Below are positions 23,975-35,800 of a DNA stretch of 64,000 bases, in pieces. How positions within the stretch are numbered: the stretch's first letter is position 1; each line of letters starts with the position of its first letter. The stretch is taken from the NCBI GenBank assembly GCA_964187785.1, contig OZ076418.1, positions 15,748,001 to 15,812,000 on the forward strand, given 5' to 3'. Source of the stretch: Amphiscolops sp. MND2022. Its lineage: Eukaryota. The notes under the pieces are model-generated. The model was not told the DNA's origin, did no database searches, and saw nothing but the letters and a program-made list of their open reading frames with translations. The position numbers and the translations under genes are program-made.

Positions 23975-24380
23975 CGGGGCTCTTTTCTGTTCCCCCCACC
24001 ACCAATAAATATTTTTGGAAAAGTCTTGAAAATCCTATATTAAAAAGACTTGAATACCAACCAGAAAGCTTCAATTTAAAAATTATTCTCAGGGTGACAG
24101 TTTAGGTTTCAAATACATACTTTTTTCACTCTTTTTCCGTATGCAGTCACGCTTTTTTGATGAAAAAATCAACGGCTTCCTGTTTTGAGTCATCAATAAA
24201 CATTTAATACGAACAAAATTATAGTCAAAATGTGTGAACAATGTTTTGTTCAAGCAAAAAACTGTTCCAATAGACGTTAACTTCCGGTTATCAAAAATGT
24301 TTTACTTTTAATTAGGCTAGTCTAAAGTTTTAAAGGAAATTTTCAAAAATTTTGGTGGTGGGGGGCAGAGAAGAGCCTTT
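23975..24380. mobile_element. MITE-like element with ~45-bp imperfect terminal inverted repeats
   Basis: GGCTCTTTTCTGTTCCCCCCACCACCAA (about 23980) is inverted to TTGGTGGTGGGGGGCAGAGAAGAGCC (about 24352-24378). A related copy lies at about 41820-41970. Confidence 0.55.
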
Positions 24381-24446
24381 CTCGGAAATGGTTCTAACTT
24401 TTTAACCTCTTTTTCACTTTTTAACTTTTCAACACTGAAACGTGAC

Positions 24447-25992
24447 TGTGATAATCCTCTAAGGACTCTGCATCAGATTCTTCGTTTGAGTGTATTGTTA
24501 CATCTACATCTGATTCAGCCCGAAACATAGGCTTAGCAGGATGTCTCAAGTCTTTCATTTTAGAAGCTCTTAGAGGATGATTTTCATTTTCTGAATCTGA
24601 ATTTTCGTTTAAAGATGCGTGAACTCCTATAGACTTGTTAGTTTTAGACCCCGACGCTTGGGGTTCCTGATTTTCATTAAGCTCTGATCTTGGGTTTGTT
24701 ACTGTCGATGCAATTTTGTTTGACTTGATTTCTTTCAGAATTTCTTCAAACTTGTTGTCTATTTCTTCTCTCATTCTCTCGATTCTATCATTATTCTTTT
24801 GTTCTATAATCTGAGTCCAAGCTTGGATTTCGTTACTAATTTGGCTTGGTTCAACCATTGGGTTTTCTGAGACGTTTTCACCTAAATTCTCCTGTAAAAC
24901 TGAGTTAAAATTAGTCAAAGTCTCATTACCTTGAGTTGACGTATCTACTTGTGCCTCAATTGGGTTTCTGTCTGGAGACGGTGTTTCTAGCCTTCTAGAT
25001 CTCCTGTTTCTCTTATTCCCCATCTTTCTCAAGTGAAAACGATCGATTTGCAGGGTCAAGAATTTGAATTTGAGATGAAAGTTTGTATGAAAATAGACTG
25101 TGTTGTTTAGGAAGTCCAAATATGAAGATGATTTACAATGATTGCTTTATGGTCCAGTAAAAACAGACTGGACTTGAGGAAAGTTATTCAAATTGTGTTA
25201 GCTCCTTCTATTTCTAAAGGAAATCCAAAAATTACAAAAGGATGACACGCAATTTTACTAGCATCATTCCCGGGAAAACCTAATAATAGCGCCTCGTCAG
25301 AATGTCGTCATCCTATTTATATACTATGAGTCATCAAATCATGACATACAGAAACGATTCCGCTGTCTAAAAGACCCTAGAAAGGTATTAAACAACGATA
25401 TTTTATGGACTTTTACCACTATATATGGAAGCGTAAAGTTAATCCTTCAAATTAAAAGGAACATAGCGAGAAACGCACAATGCCGAGTACTCTCTACTCC
25501 TTGAACCGTGGGATGACGCATATAAATTTGGATGAGAAAATATGTATACTGACGTATATTCATCACTGCATAAACCGCATAATGACGCATAATGAAAGTC
25601 ACAAATACGTATAGTGACGTATACTCATTAATGGTTGAAACACATAATGACGTATACTGAGAGTTACAAATGCGCGCAGTGATGCATATTCAATAGTACT
25701 CATATCGCATGATGACGTATCCAATTAATACCATTCGTTCAGAATGAAACTGCACTGCACATGTGTTATTTGAACTAATAAAATCATCATTAAGGCTTTT
25801 GGAATTGCCCAAAGTACATCAAGATGTTACTTTTACAAAGTAAAACAATTAAGAGACCCTGATTAGAAGTAATATATTTACACAAGTTACATGACTAGTG
25901 GATGAGTTTTTAGAGTTTGACACAACATTGTAGGCGTTGTTTATCTTCTTAAAGATGCACACCGGACCCATCGCACCTTTGGGGACGCGACA
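24447..25992 (-). repeat. 3' LTR of element C
   Basis: Direct repeat of 38815-40360; contains an open copy of the gag N-terminus (ORF 24421..25119). Confidence 0.97.
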
Positions 25993-27004
25993 GTCCCGCG
26001 TTCTTGAAGATAAACAACGCGGCTTCAAATCCGTCTATGAAGGCTCTGGGTCTGACTCCACGGTCCCTTACTGTTTCTTCATTATAAGCTGTCGCCCCAA
26101 GATAGTCACCCAACGTTTCTAGAGCCACTTGATCAAAGGTGCGTCCACACCAATCGCAATACCCAGAGACGTTGGGCATGACCGTTGGGAACAGTCTGAA
26201 ATTCTGTCGTTCATTAGTCGGCATTAGTAGGATGTTGGTGCTGTGTAGAACATTGAACGGGAAACCTGCTTGGACTACTTGTTGAAATTGATCGTTGAAG
26301 TTGACTTGAGGAATTCCCATGTTTCTAGGGGGTAGATGTATCACTACTGGTGTGATGTCATTGATGGCCGGGTACGTTATTCCCTCTGGGACAAAAGTTG
26401 CTTGAGGGTAAACCACTTCTGGTTGATGAATCGGCAGGTTTACAGTTTCTTGAGCGTCTGAATTAATTGCTTGAAGTTGGTGTGAATCATGTGTTTCACG
26501 TGAAAAATTTGGGGGGTAAGTGGGCACTGGCCTGGCGATCTCATTCGGCTGTTGTATTGTGGCTCTTGGTGTAGGCAATATTGCTGCGACTGGACGCCCA
26601 ATGCTGTTCAGTTGGATCCTGGGTTCAGCACTAAAATTAACAGGGGACATTCCAATCCCTTCAAATTCCGAATCTATGAAAGACAGCGGAGATTCAGGAG
26701 AGGAGGAAGGGCCCTCTTCTATCAGATCCATAATATCCCTCTCGATACGAGTTCCAGCCGTATCTATAGATCCTGATTGGTCAACATGGTCGGTGTTGGG
26801 AAATAGTGACGCTGTTGCTGCACCCATGAAAGCAGTCATCATGTTTGTCCCCATCGTGTTGATCCTGAATTTCTCGTCCAACTGGGGGATGTTGCCAGCT
26901 TCTACCACGAACTCGTCCCCAGATCCACTGGAGATGTCGATGACATCAGGTGAAATAGGCGAGTAGCCCAAATCTTCATCCAGGTTAAATTGCAGGGGGT
27001 TCAT
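25949..27004 (-). CDS. ORF3 of element C, 351 aa, unknown function
   Basis: Intact ORF with ATG in GAAAATG context. Acidic and P/S/Q-rich, with a SIM-like VIDISS near the N-terminus and CDWC near the C-terminus. The last 14 codons lie in the 3' LTR. No signal peptide or TM segment seen. Confidence 0.75.
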   Translation of the reverse strand: MNPLQFNLDEDLGYSPISPDVIDISSGSGDEFVVEAGNIPQLDEKFRINTMGTNMMTAFMGAATASLFPNTDHVDQSGSIDTAGTRIERDIMDLIEEGPSSSPESPLSFIDSEFEGIGMSPVNFSAEPRIQLNSIGRPVAAILPTPRATIQQPNEIARPVPTYPPNFSRETHDSHQLQAINSDAQETVNLPIHQPEVVYPQATFVPEGITYPAINDITPVVIHLPPRNMGIPQVNFNDQFQQVVQAGFPFNVLHSTNILLMPTNERQNFRLFPTVMPNVSGYCDWCGRTFDQVALETLGDYLGATAYNEETVRDRGVRPRAFIDGFEAALFIFKNAGLSRPQRCDGSGVHL

Positions 27005-27779
27005 TTTCTTTTGATTTGTATTTAAAATCAGACGAATTAAAGCAAAATTTTGATATTAATAGCAACTGAATTTCAGATTGTTATAGACCATATGGTGATG
27101 GATTCTTTTATACCTTTCGTTTTCGGCGGAAAACCCGCGGAAAAGTTGAGTGTCATGGTTTTATGTTCTTACACCACCTTATATGGGTTCCTGTCTAGAT
27201 TCATATCACAAGCATCATCCACAATTTATCTTAGACTCTTTCCATAAAAGGTGTGATGTTAAGCACTTCAACTGATTTCCTTTGATCATCATCCTTCACA
27301 GCATTCAACCTACTTTTAACGATTCGTAAACAAATTCAATTTGATGTGAGTGAAAATGAAATAAAACTCTTCATGGCAATATTCAATAAAACAAACTAAA
27401 ATCAAATTTATTCAAACTACATGACAGTTTGTAAAAAATAGCGAAAGCTAGGAAGCGTTTCCTATTTTACTTCCATAGGTCATATGACTTTTAAAGAAAA
27501 CATCAGTCGATTCTTGTCTTGCATTTTAAAGGATATAAATGTAGTTTATGATCTAATACATGAATTTCATCACTACCAGTAACTTCATTTAAAGGTTTGA
27601 AAAGCGTCACCAGACTAAGCTGTTATACATGTATTTGGTTCAAAATTGCACTGGTATTTGGCTAAACATCAATAAAATCACACGTGATTTACATTTGCAA
27701 GTCGTAATTACATCACAGTATTACGTAATATTGTGTTTTCACTCAATTCCAAGCATTAGCAATATTAATCCGTTCCTTT

Positions 27780-28040
27780 AATTGTATGCAGCGTAAACCG
27801 CAGGGTGCTGAGTATACGTCACCACTCAATCCGCATACTGCCGCATAACCATAATCTGCAATTCCGCATCCTGCCGCATAGTCTTCATTGCAATTTCGTA
27901 TACCACCGTATAATCATTGTTGCAATTCCGCATACTGCCGCATACTCTCATACAGTGAATTGTTGGTAGCTTTATGATGAGTCAGTCAATCACTCTGACA
28001 GAAGTGATTGACATTTAATTAGCCAATCAGATTGCAGTAT
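27780..28040. promoter_or_regulatory. Candidate divergent promoter between ORF3 (-) and the antisense gene (+)
   Basis: Cluster of CCGCATA(C/G) motifs with ~40-bp degenerate units, and AGCCAATCAG (CCAAT box) at 28021-28030. Confidence 0.45.
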
Positions 28041-28304
28041 TCTTTTGGTATATTTGCTCAAAGCTCGTTTCATTTGCTTCTTTGCCTTGTTACGCCACGC
28101 CTTTTGCATTGTGTCTTTCGTTTGAACAGTCAATAAAGTGAAAATAGTACGTCAGTATTTTGTCTAACACGTTACAGATCAAAACATTCTTTTTATCTGT
28201 CCCAGTTTCAGATTTATTTCTAGATTCGTTTAGTTGATACTCTTTATCAGACATTCTACTCCTTAATTATTCATCGTTAATTACATACTCTTCGCATCTT
28301 TTTG

Positions 28305-31300
28305 ATGGAGGAACAACAGGAGGGAAGTTCCCCGGGGAAAAGGAGAACGAGGAAAGGACAATCACCGCAATACTTTGGAGGAAGAGACTACAATCCTTCA
28401 TTTTGGTCTGATTCTGGTAAGTTCAACTTTCAACATGATTCGGTTTAGTTGATTTAGAGGAATTTTGTTCTATTGAGTTGGCCAGACTCAATAAATGAAA
28501 GTGATCCGTGTTTTCGCAGACCAATTTTGAGTTTTTTCGAAACGTTTCCGTTTCTAATTTCTAAGTAGCATCCGGTTTTCTTTCATTTCCTGTCCCCGCG
28601 TCCGGTTTCAGTCAGCATAAACCGATTGCCACTCGCTCAGTTTCATTTTGGTAAAGAATTTATTTGTTTCAGTCGAACCAAAGACCAATGAATTATCGAC
28701 ATCCCATTCTCCAGTTAAGGTTTATACACCTTTGTTGACATCTTCCCCCAAGAGCTCCGCTGTCCCCGATACGAACAATTCACCAATTACTGCTCCGCTC
28801 CAAATCCGCGAGGAGATCAGTATAGAGAAAGAAACGTCGAATGACATCTCTATTCAGCAGTCAGCAACCCCGAATACGTCTCAAGAGCCTGTAGAGGAAG
28901 GGAATCCTACCCCACCACCAGTTAATCCTGAGTCAGAAGTTACTTCAACGGAAGGTATGGAGGGATCCTTTTCCAACATCAGTCGTGAAATAGTGGATGA
29001 ATTCATTGATCAGGAACCCCCGCAAACACTTTCCTCACATACTGATCCATACACTTCACAAATTGCTGGGCCTTCTCAACCGACTGCAGTAACTCACAGG
29101 GCAGATCAAAATGTGCCACATTCTAGTGCATTACCCATGATGTTTCCATCTGAACAGGTTGGATTCAGTGGCGTCATTGTGCCAGGGGCGGGTCATGGGA
29201 ACATCAGCGTTACCAAGAGAGAAATTCTCACAATAAGCAGTTTCCTAGGGCGGATTCCACCTGAGTATGTTCTTGGAGACGAGACCGGACCAGAGCAACC
29301 GCTGACACTAACGATTGTGGATGATATGGAGACTGCCCCTATGGTTGGAACGTCTAGTCAAGAGGAAGTGATATCGCACGACCAAGCCAGGGCTCATTCT
29401 GATGAACTACAGGAAGAGCACGTCATAGCTAGTGGGAAACTTCGACGACCACGATATTTTCTAACGGGAGCAATGCTTAGAAAACATCCATTTTCGAAAT
29501 TTTCTGCCACTGGTCCAATCGACAAAGACAAGACTCCCCATAAGTGGTGGTGTCGGGTTTGTCGAGTTGAACTTTCTCTCATGAGCAGAGGCAGCCTTGA
29601 ATTATTATCTCACTACAAGTCCGAAACACATCTAGTGAAGGAACATCGGATGCGAATGGAGATACCTGGTATGGCGCTTTTCGACAAAGAAGGCAGGGAA
29701 ATGTATGGGATTCAACTTCAAGAAGCCAAGAAAAAGGCCAAGAATAACTACCCAATCGCACCTCAACTAGACTCATGCCATCCCCTTGTGGGACAGGATA
29801 CCATCCCCAATTTCAATACGGTTACCAACCCGACGGATAAGGTCCTTTCGCAAATCTGTATTCTTGAACACGGACTCCGACATGGTGGTCATGTTAAAAG
29901 CTTAATCGGAATTTATGGTGAGCTGTCACGACTGACTTCTAGCGACGGGGCGTGTGAACTAAATTGGAGTCAAAAGCGACTTTTCGTTAGTATTATTTTT
30001 TTTGATTGATAACATCCACTCCTCGATTGAAAACAGAGTAACCTTTCAGAAAGTTACCTTTTGAAGGAAAATGCATTTACTATAAATTAATAGTGTACTT
30101 TGTTTGTTATACAGGGCACCTTCGTCTACATGTTTCGGGAACTGATCGGATATTGTGCAACTGCAATAACAGCTTCCGGACACTATTCTCTCGCTTTACA
30201 GCACACACCCACCAACACGTTCCTGATCCTTAATTTCTGGTCTGGCAACGTACTCCATCACGTTTGCCTAGGAAATGCTCCTCGTGGGATGCTACTGCCC
30301 AGGAAAACGTTGTCTATAATTTCGTCGTTATTCAGTCTTTTCGAAGAAGCCCCAATTTGTACCGCCTTGATTGACTTTGGTGATAAATTAGGTGATTGCC
30401 TGTCAAATTGCCTCCCGGGAAACCAAGATTATCGAGCGCCATGATTTTCGGACTATACTCGATTATCTCTTGATGAAGCTGAGAACTGCCCTCGACCGCG
30501 ATTGGTTGAAGAAATTACCACTGCTACATGAGGTAATTAGCATACCTGGTAATTTCTGATTTAGTGCTGTAATCCTTTTTTATGTAGTACCCATCTTCTT
30601 TTTAGATTGTGATCCGTCTGGAGTACTCCCTTCAAGATGCCTCTTTGATTATTGAGCTGTTATCCAACAACTGGGATCATGTGGTTGATCACCTTAATCA
30701 GGTGGCAAGACTCCCTGTATACCGGTTCCATATGCGAGAGGTAATTTGTTTGTTAATTAGGTATTGTATAAAAACTCAACGCATTTCTCTTTGCTCAATG
30801 GTACTTTCTGTTATAGCCAAACACACTGGATGAATGTTTCCGCCTCGACACGGCCTACTTAGCCCGCCTTTTCGTCATTCGTTGTGTTCTTGACCATTGT
30901 TAGTTACCACGTTTTTATATACTTTCCTTTTATTGTGTCGTTTTCTGTCTTCGGAGTTTTGTACACGTGTACTCTCTTGTTCCAGGAATTCAAATCCCAA
31001 AATCCACAATATCGCGTACTTTTGTTTTTTCTCGTATATTCATGAGTAATCATCATTCTTCAATCCGCATTAATGCGTATGTCTAGTCCCGTTCAGTCAG
31101 AATAACCCAAACAGTTACTCTGCTGTTTTTGTATATTGACGTATAGTCACTACTCCTTGAAACGCATGATCACGTATAATCAATATATCTCATTCAGTAT
31201 AGTGGCGTATAATCACCATTTGTATCTTTTCCGCATAGTAACGTATGATCACCATAGGTCATTCCGCATAGTGACGTATAATCACCATAGGTCATTCCGC

Positions 31301-32631
31301 ATAGTGACGTATAATCACTATGCTTTGCTCCGCATAATAACGTATAGTTATTATCTTTGTTTCGTGTAATAACGTATAATCGTGCAGCTTAGCATCAGAG
31401 AATTACGTTTCACCGTGATAATTATGCACGTGTTTTTATGATGACGATTTCTTCTTCAGCTTATTCTTAGTACATTCCTGCTAGGTAGAAGCAATACTAT
31501 TGTAACTTTTGGTGTGTTTCAGATACTTCAGCCTTCTCCGAAGTCCAGAAAAGTGTAGATGGTGGATTCCGTGCTTTCAGCCAGTTTGCTATTTTCATTT
31601 ACAGTCAGCTCCAAAGTATCTTGCCTGATACTTCGCTTGGGAGTATATCTGATTGGGATAATTTTCTACAACTGGACCTGGATCGGACAGACTTGCCCTA
31701 CAAAGCACCAGACGATTATGTTCTTAACGAAGATTTTCACAAATTGGTTGCAGCTAGTAAACTTCCTCGTTCCAGTAAATTTGTAGAACAGTCCATTAGC
31801 TTTGGCAAATCGTTCTGCAAACAGTTGCTGAGACATGAAAATCTCAAATGCAAACTTGTCAAAGGACTGTCAGCCTTTGATCCCGCTGTCCTCCTCGTCG
31901 GACCCGAAATTAATTACACTACTGCTATTGAGAGACTGACAAGTCACTTTGTCACTACTAATTTGATTTCCTCAAGCTTTAAGGTGAAGGTCGTTAGTCA
32001 GTACCGATCACTTGCGGCTAAACTTCGTTCTGATGACCGCCCTGAGTACGATGATTGGATTCAATTTCTTGCTTCCAACTACGAGCTTCAACGCCGACCA
32101 GAATTATTTCAATTGTTTAAATTCTCGAGCCTATGCTTGCCTCCACGAATCGAAGTGCCTCCACCAATTATCGTTCCGATGGAAGGTTTAGCGTCTGACG
32201 AGGAGAGTTTTCAATCTTGCGTCAAAAGCCTCCAGATGTCTTACAACTCCATTCCTCATGTTTCCAGCCTTTATCGGGATCCCAAATCAATAAGTCGGGT
32301 TTTCCGTCTCTTGGGTCGAGGGGCCGATCTATTGGCTGATAGAAAATTTTCCATTTGGAACTTCATGAAGGGAAGTGGAGTGCGAAGAGCAGCTTTGCTG
32401 GGGAAGTTTGAAACTGGATATCGCAAGGCAGTTTTACAGCATGATAAGCCTACTGTCTCATCTACCTCAACAACTCCGAGTGTCAGTAGGGCTGGAAGTG
32501 TAAACAGTTCCCCGTCTCCTGACCCTAGTCTTAGCAGGATTAGTGTGTCACTGAATCGTTGCTCTAGTTCTTCAGTTGAAGATGCGTCCAAGAAGACTAA
32601 GTCCAAGATTGTGAAGTCAAAGAAAAACTGA
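28305..32631 (+). CDS. Six-exon antisense gene inside element C (about 1055 aa; BED/TTF-like zinc finger, hAT-transposase-like); one +1 frameshift in this copy
   Basis: Exons 28305-28416, 28673-29985, 30115-30532, 30606-30740, 30817-30898 and 31523-32631. All five introns are GT..AG with matching phases (1,0,0,0,1). Exon 3 needs one frameshift near 30410-30420. Zinc-finger-like WWCRVC..LLSHYKSETH at about 29545-29630. Confidence 0.8.
31135..31380. repeat. 33-bp degenerate tandem repeat with TGACGTATA cores in intron 5 of the antisense gene
   Basis: TTCCGCATAGTGACGTATAATCACCATAGGTCA, about 2 near-exact and several degenerate copies; same motif as LTR U3 (39880-40090). Confidence 0.85.
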
Positions 32632-32816
32632 TTGTTGATTGTAGTATATGGTTGATTACTGTTTACTTTTCGTTCTCTGCTTTGTTTATTCCCCAATTCT
32701 GTCACGTATTTATTCTTTCGACAGAGAAATTGGGTTGTTGATAGAAAGCATCATACTCCCTGGTATTTATTTGAAGAAAAAGGGGAGATAAAAAGAGATG
32801 TTTGTCTGTATTTGTT

Positions 32817-35800
32817 TTAATATCTGTATGAGTCGGAGTAATTTGGGTTGGGGTTAGGACGTAAGTTGTATTTTTCACCACGAGTTTTTATGGGTTCTTC
32901 TTGCAATGGGGTATTTCGGGAATTTTCTGGAGTTTTTTGAGTATCATCATCTGTTGAAATATTTGTATCTTTTTGGGTTTTTTGGGTATTGTTATCATCA
33001 TCATTTGATTGTTGTGGAATTTCATCAGCATGATTTCCGTGATTTTGATCTGGTTCAGTGGTCTGATCCACTGGGCTCCCCCCACTATTTTTTGAAGATA
33101 CTGGGGAGGGTGGGCGGCTATTGTCGGGTATTTGAATTGGCACATATTCGGTATCCTCAGTAGTGTGTATTGCATCTGAGGGAATGTCATCAAAGGGATT
33201 TGCTCCAAAATTCGTGTTCCATGATTGGGCATATAGATCATCATTTGCTATAGTCATTTGATCATCTTTTTGCCAGTCGGTTTCACGAACAAAAATGTCT
33301 GCTAAAGGGGCCTGCGGTGTGAATTTCCGCAAACGAATCCGATGTAGTAGTTGGGTTTTATTTGTGCCAAGTCTCCTCACAATGTAGTTATTGTTAGGGA
33401 GCACTTTTTCAACTTTATAAGGTCCACACCATCTGAATTCTCGGAATGGTATTTTCGTTGCTTGTGTATCGGCTTTTGGATTAAGAATATAGCAGTGATC
33501 TGTTGTCTCCAACGGGGCTGCTTTTGCTTTTCTATCGTAGTAGGCCTTGTATTTAAGGTAAGATTGCATGATATTCTTTTTAGTTTGGTCTAAAAGTGTT
33601 CTCATGCGCTTTTGAATTTCTTCTGCAATGTCAGTTTGTGGTTGATACCTCGGATTTGGATTGTATCCAAGTTTGTAGTCAAGGATATTGTGTGGTATGC
33701 GGCCATGGAAAACTCGTGAGGGTTCACAACCGAGTGATGCATGGTATGTTGTGTTATGATTAAGGACTGCTAGAGGAAGATATTTGTGCCAGTTGTTCCT
33801 GAATTCGCCTGTGGCGGCTTTTAGGTGTGTTTTAACTGAGGCATGGGTTTTTTCTAAGAGTCCTATGGTTTGTGCATGTTTCATTGTGGCATGTTTCATT
33901 TCGATTCCAAGCACTGCCGCAATTTCATGAGTGACTTGTGCGTTGAATTGAGTGCCTAGATCCGGGATTATAGTTGTTGGAAGGTAGGTGTGTTTGCATA
34001 AGATATCCATTATGACTTTTGAAACTGCTGTTGCGGTAATTCGAGTCGCAGGATAGGCAAACAAATACCTTGAGAAGACATCTATTGCTGTGATGATGTG
34101 ATCGTAGCCTCCGCTTGGGGGGAGGTTTGGCAAAATATCCATCTGTAAGATGTCTTTCGGTCCAAGGTCCCATTCGGGACAATTAAGGAGTTCGGTTCTG
34201 AGGAGATCATTGTTGATACGTTTTGTTTGTATACAAATCTGACAATTACTGACCCATTTCTTTATGTATTTGGCCATACATGGGTAGTAATATTTTTGAC
34301 GTGTTTCTTGAATCATCTTGGTAATTCCTGGATGGTTTGAGTTATGTCCATGGAGGGCTTGAAGTAGTTCTTCAAGAAGTTGGATTGGTAAGAGGATTTG
34401 ATAATGCGAGATCATTCCTGTATCTGTATAGTATTTTCGTGTGAGAACTTCGTGTTTAATCTCGATTCGTGTTATGTTTTCTAAGTAGTGTTGATATCTG
34501 AAATCGGAAGCTAATTCATTTTCATCAAACGGTTCGCCTTCTATTTTGGCTCTCAGGTTTCGAAGGACTATGTCATTGTTCTGTTCAAGGCGTATCCTCG
34601 CATTGTCCTTGAAGTGTCCAGAGGAGCAGGAGATCAATCCGGATGTAGGTTTGTGAAATTGCTGTAATTCAGAGACGTCGTTCTCTGGGTCATTGTGAGT
34701 TTCAATTTGTGCTTGATTGCGAGTGTTTTGTTTTTCTTCCCAAAGTTGATTTTCATCAATTTCTTCATCAGGAAGGATGTAAATTTGTCCTTCTTCGACA
34801 ATTCCAGTTGATTGTATATTCACTTCAATTGCTTTTGTGTGAATATCGTTGCGAATTGTCATTTCGAGCTTCCCGGTTGGGTTAACTTCGGTTCTAGATA
34901 AAAAATCGGCGGCTGTGTTCATCGATCCAGCTACATGGGCGATTACAAAATTGTATTGTAATACATAATCGCATGCATTCCAAAGCGCTGGAGGAATCAT
35001 TTTCGTTTGAAAAAACCGGGTTACAGACCGATTATCCGTGAACACGATGACAGGGAAGGTACTCCCCCACATGAGGTGTCCAAACTCTACGAATGCAAAA
35101 TATATTGAGAGGAATTCTTTTGCATAGATTGACATTTTCGTTTGTGTTGGATTGAACGTTTTTGATCCAAACGCAATGGGTGCGTAGGTTTTTCGTTTGG
35201 ATTGAAGCTTCTGATTGGGATCGTCTTCAATCATGATGGCATATCCTGCAGCTGTGAAGCTTGCATCGGACATGACTATGAGTTGTTTGTCTTTCAAGGG
35301 TTGTTTCAGCGCGAGTTGGCAAGAATTTTCCAAAAGTTGATTGAGGTTTGTAAAGTCTTCGACCAAGTTTGTAGGGACATAAAATTTGGAGGTTTCTTTG
35401 AGGAGTTTGAAAAACGGGGTGAGTCGTTCTGAAAGGCGAGGTATATAGTTTCGGTAATATTTCAAGAATCCGATATACCTTTGAAGTGCCTTTTTCGATT
35501 TTGGGAATTTGAGTTTTGCCAAAAAATCTTTCACTTTGTCGGCTTGAGGGGCAACTCCATCTGATGTGATTGTGCGTCCCAAAAAGTCGACTTGTTTAAC
35601 TCCGAAATGACATTTCGACATGGAGAGTTTCAGTCCGGCATTCCGGATGCATTCAAAAACAGTTTTGATGTTTATACACAATTGTTTTGTGTCGTTTGCT
35701 GCTATGCCGATATCATCGACATATTGGGCACATTGATCTGCTTTAATTGCTCTGTCTAGGTATTCTCTCATGAAGCTTGAAAATGCGGAGAGAGATCGAC

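Noticed and set aside
25949-27004. ORF3 as an envelope gene
   Set aside because: It occupies the env position but has no signal peptide, furin site or transmembrane anchor.
32774-32798. Purine tract GAAGAAAAAGGGGAG as a second PPT
   Set aside because: It is on the wrong strand for element C and is not followed by an LTR.
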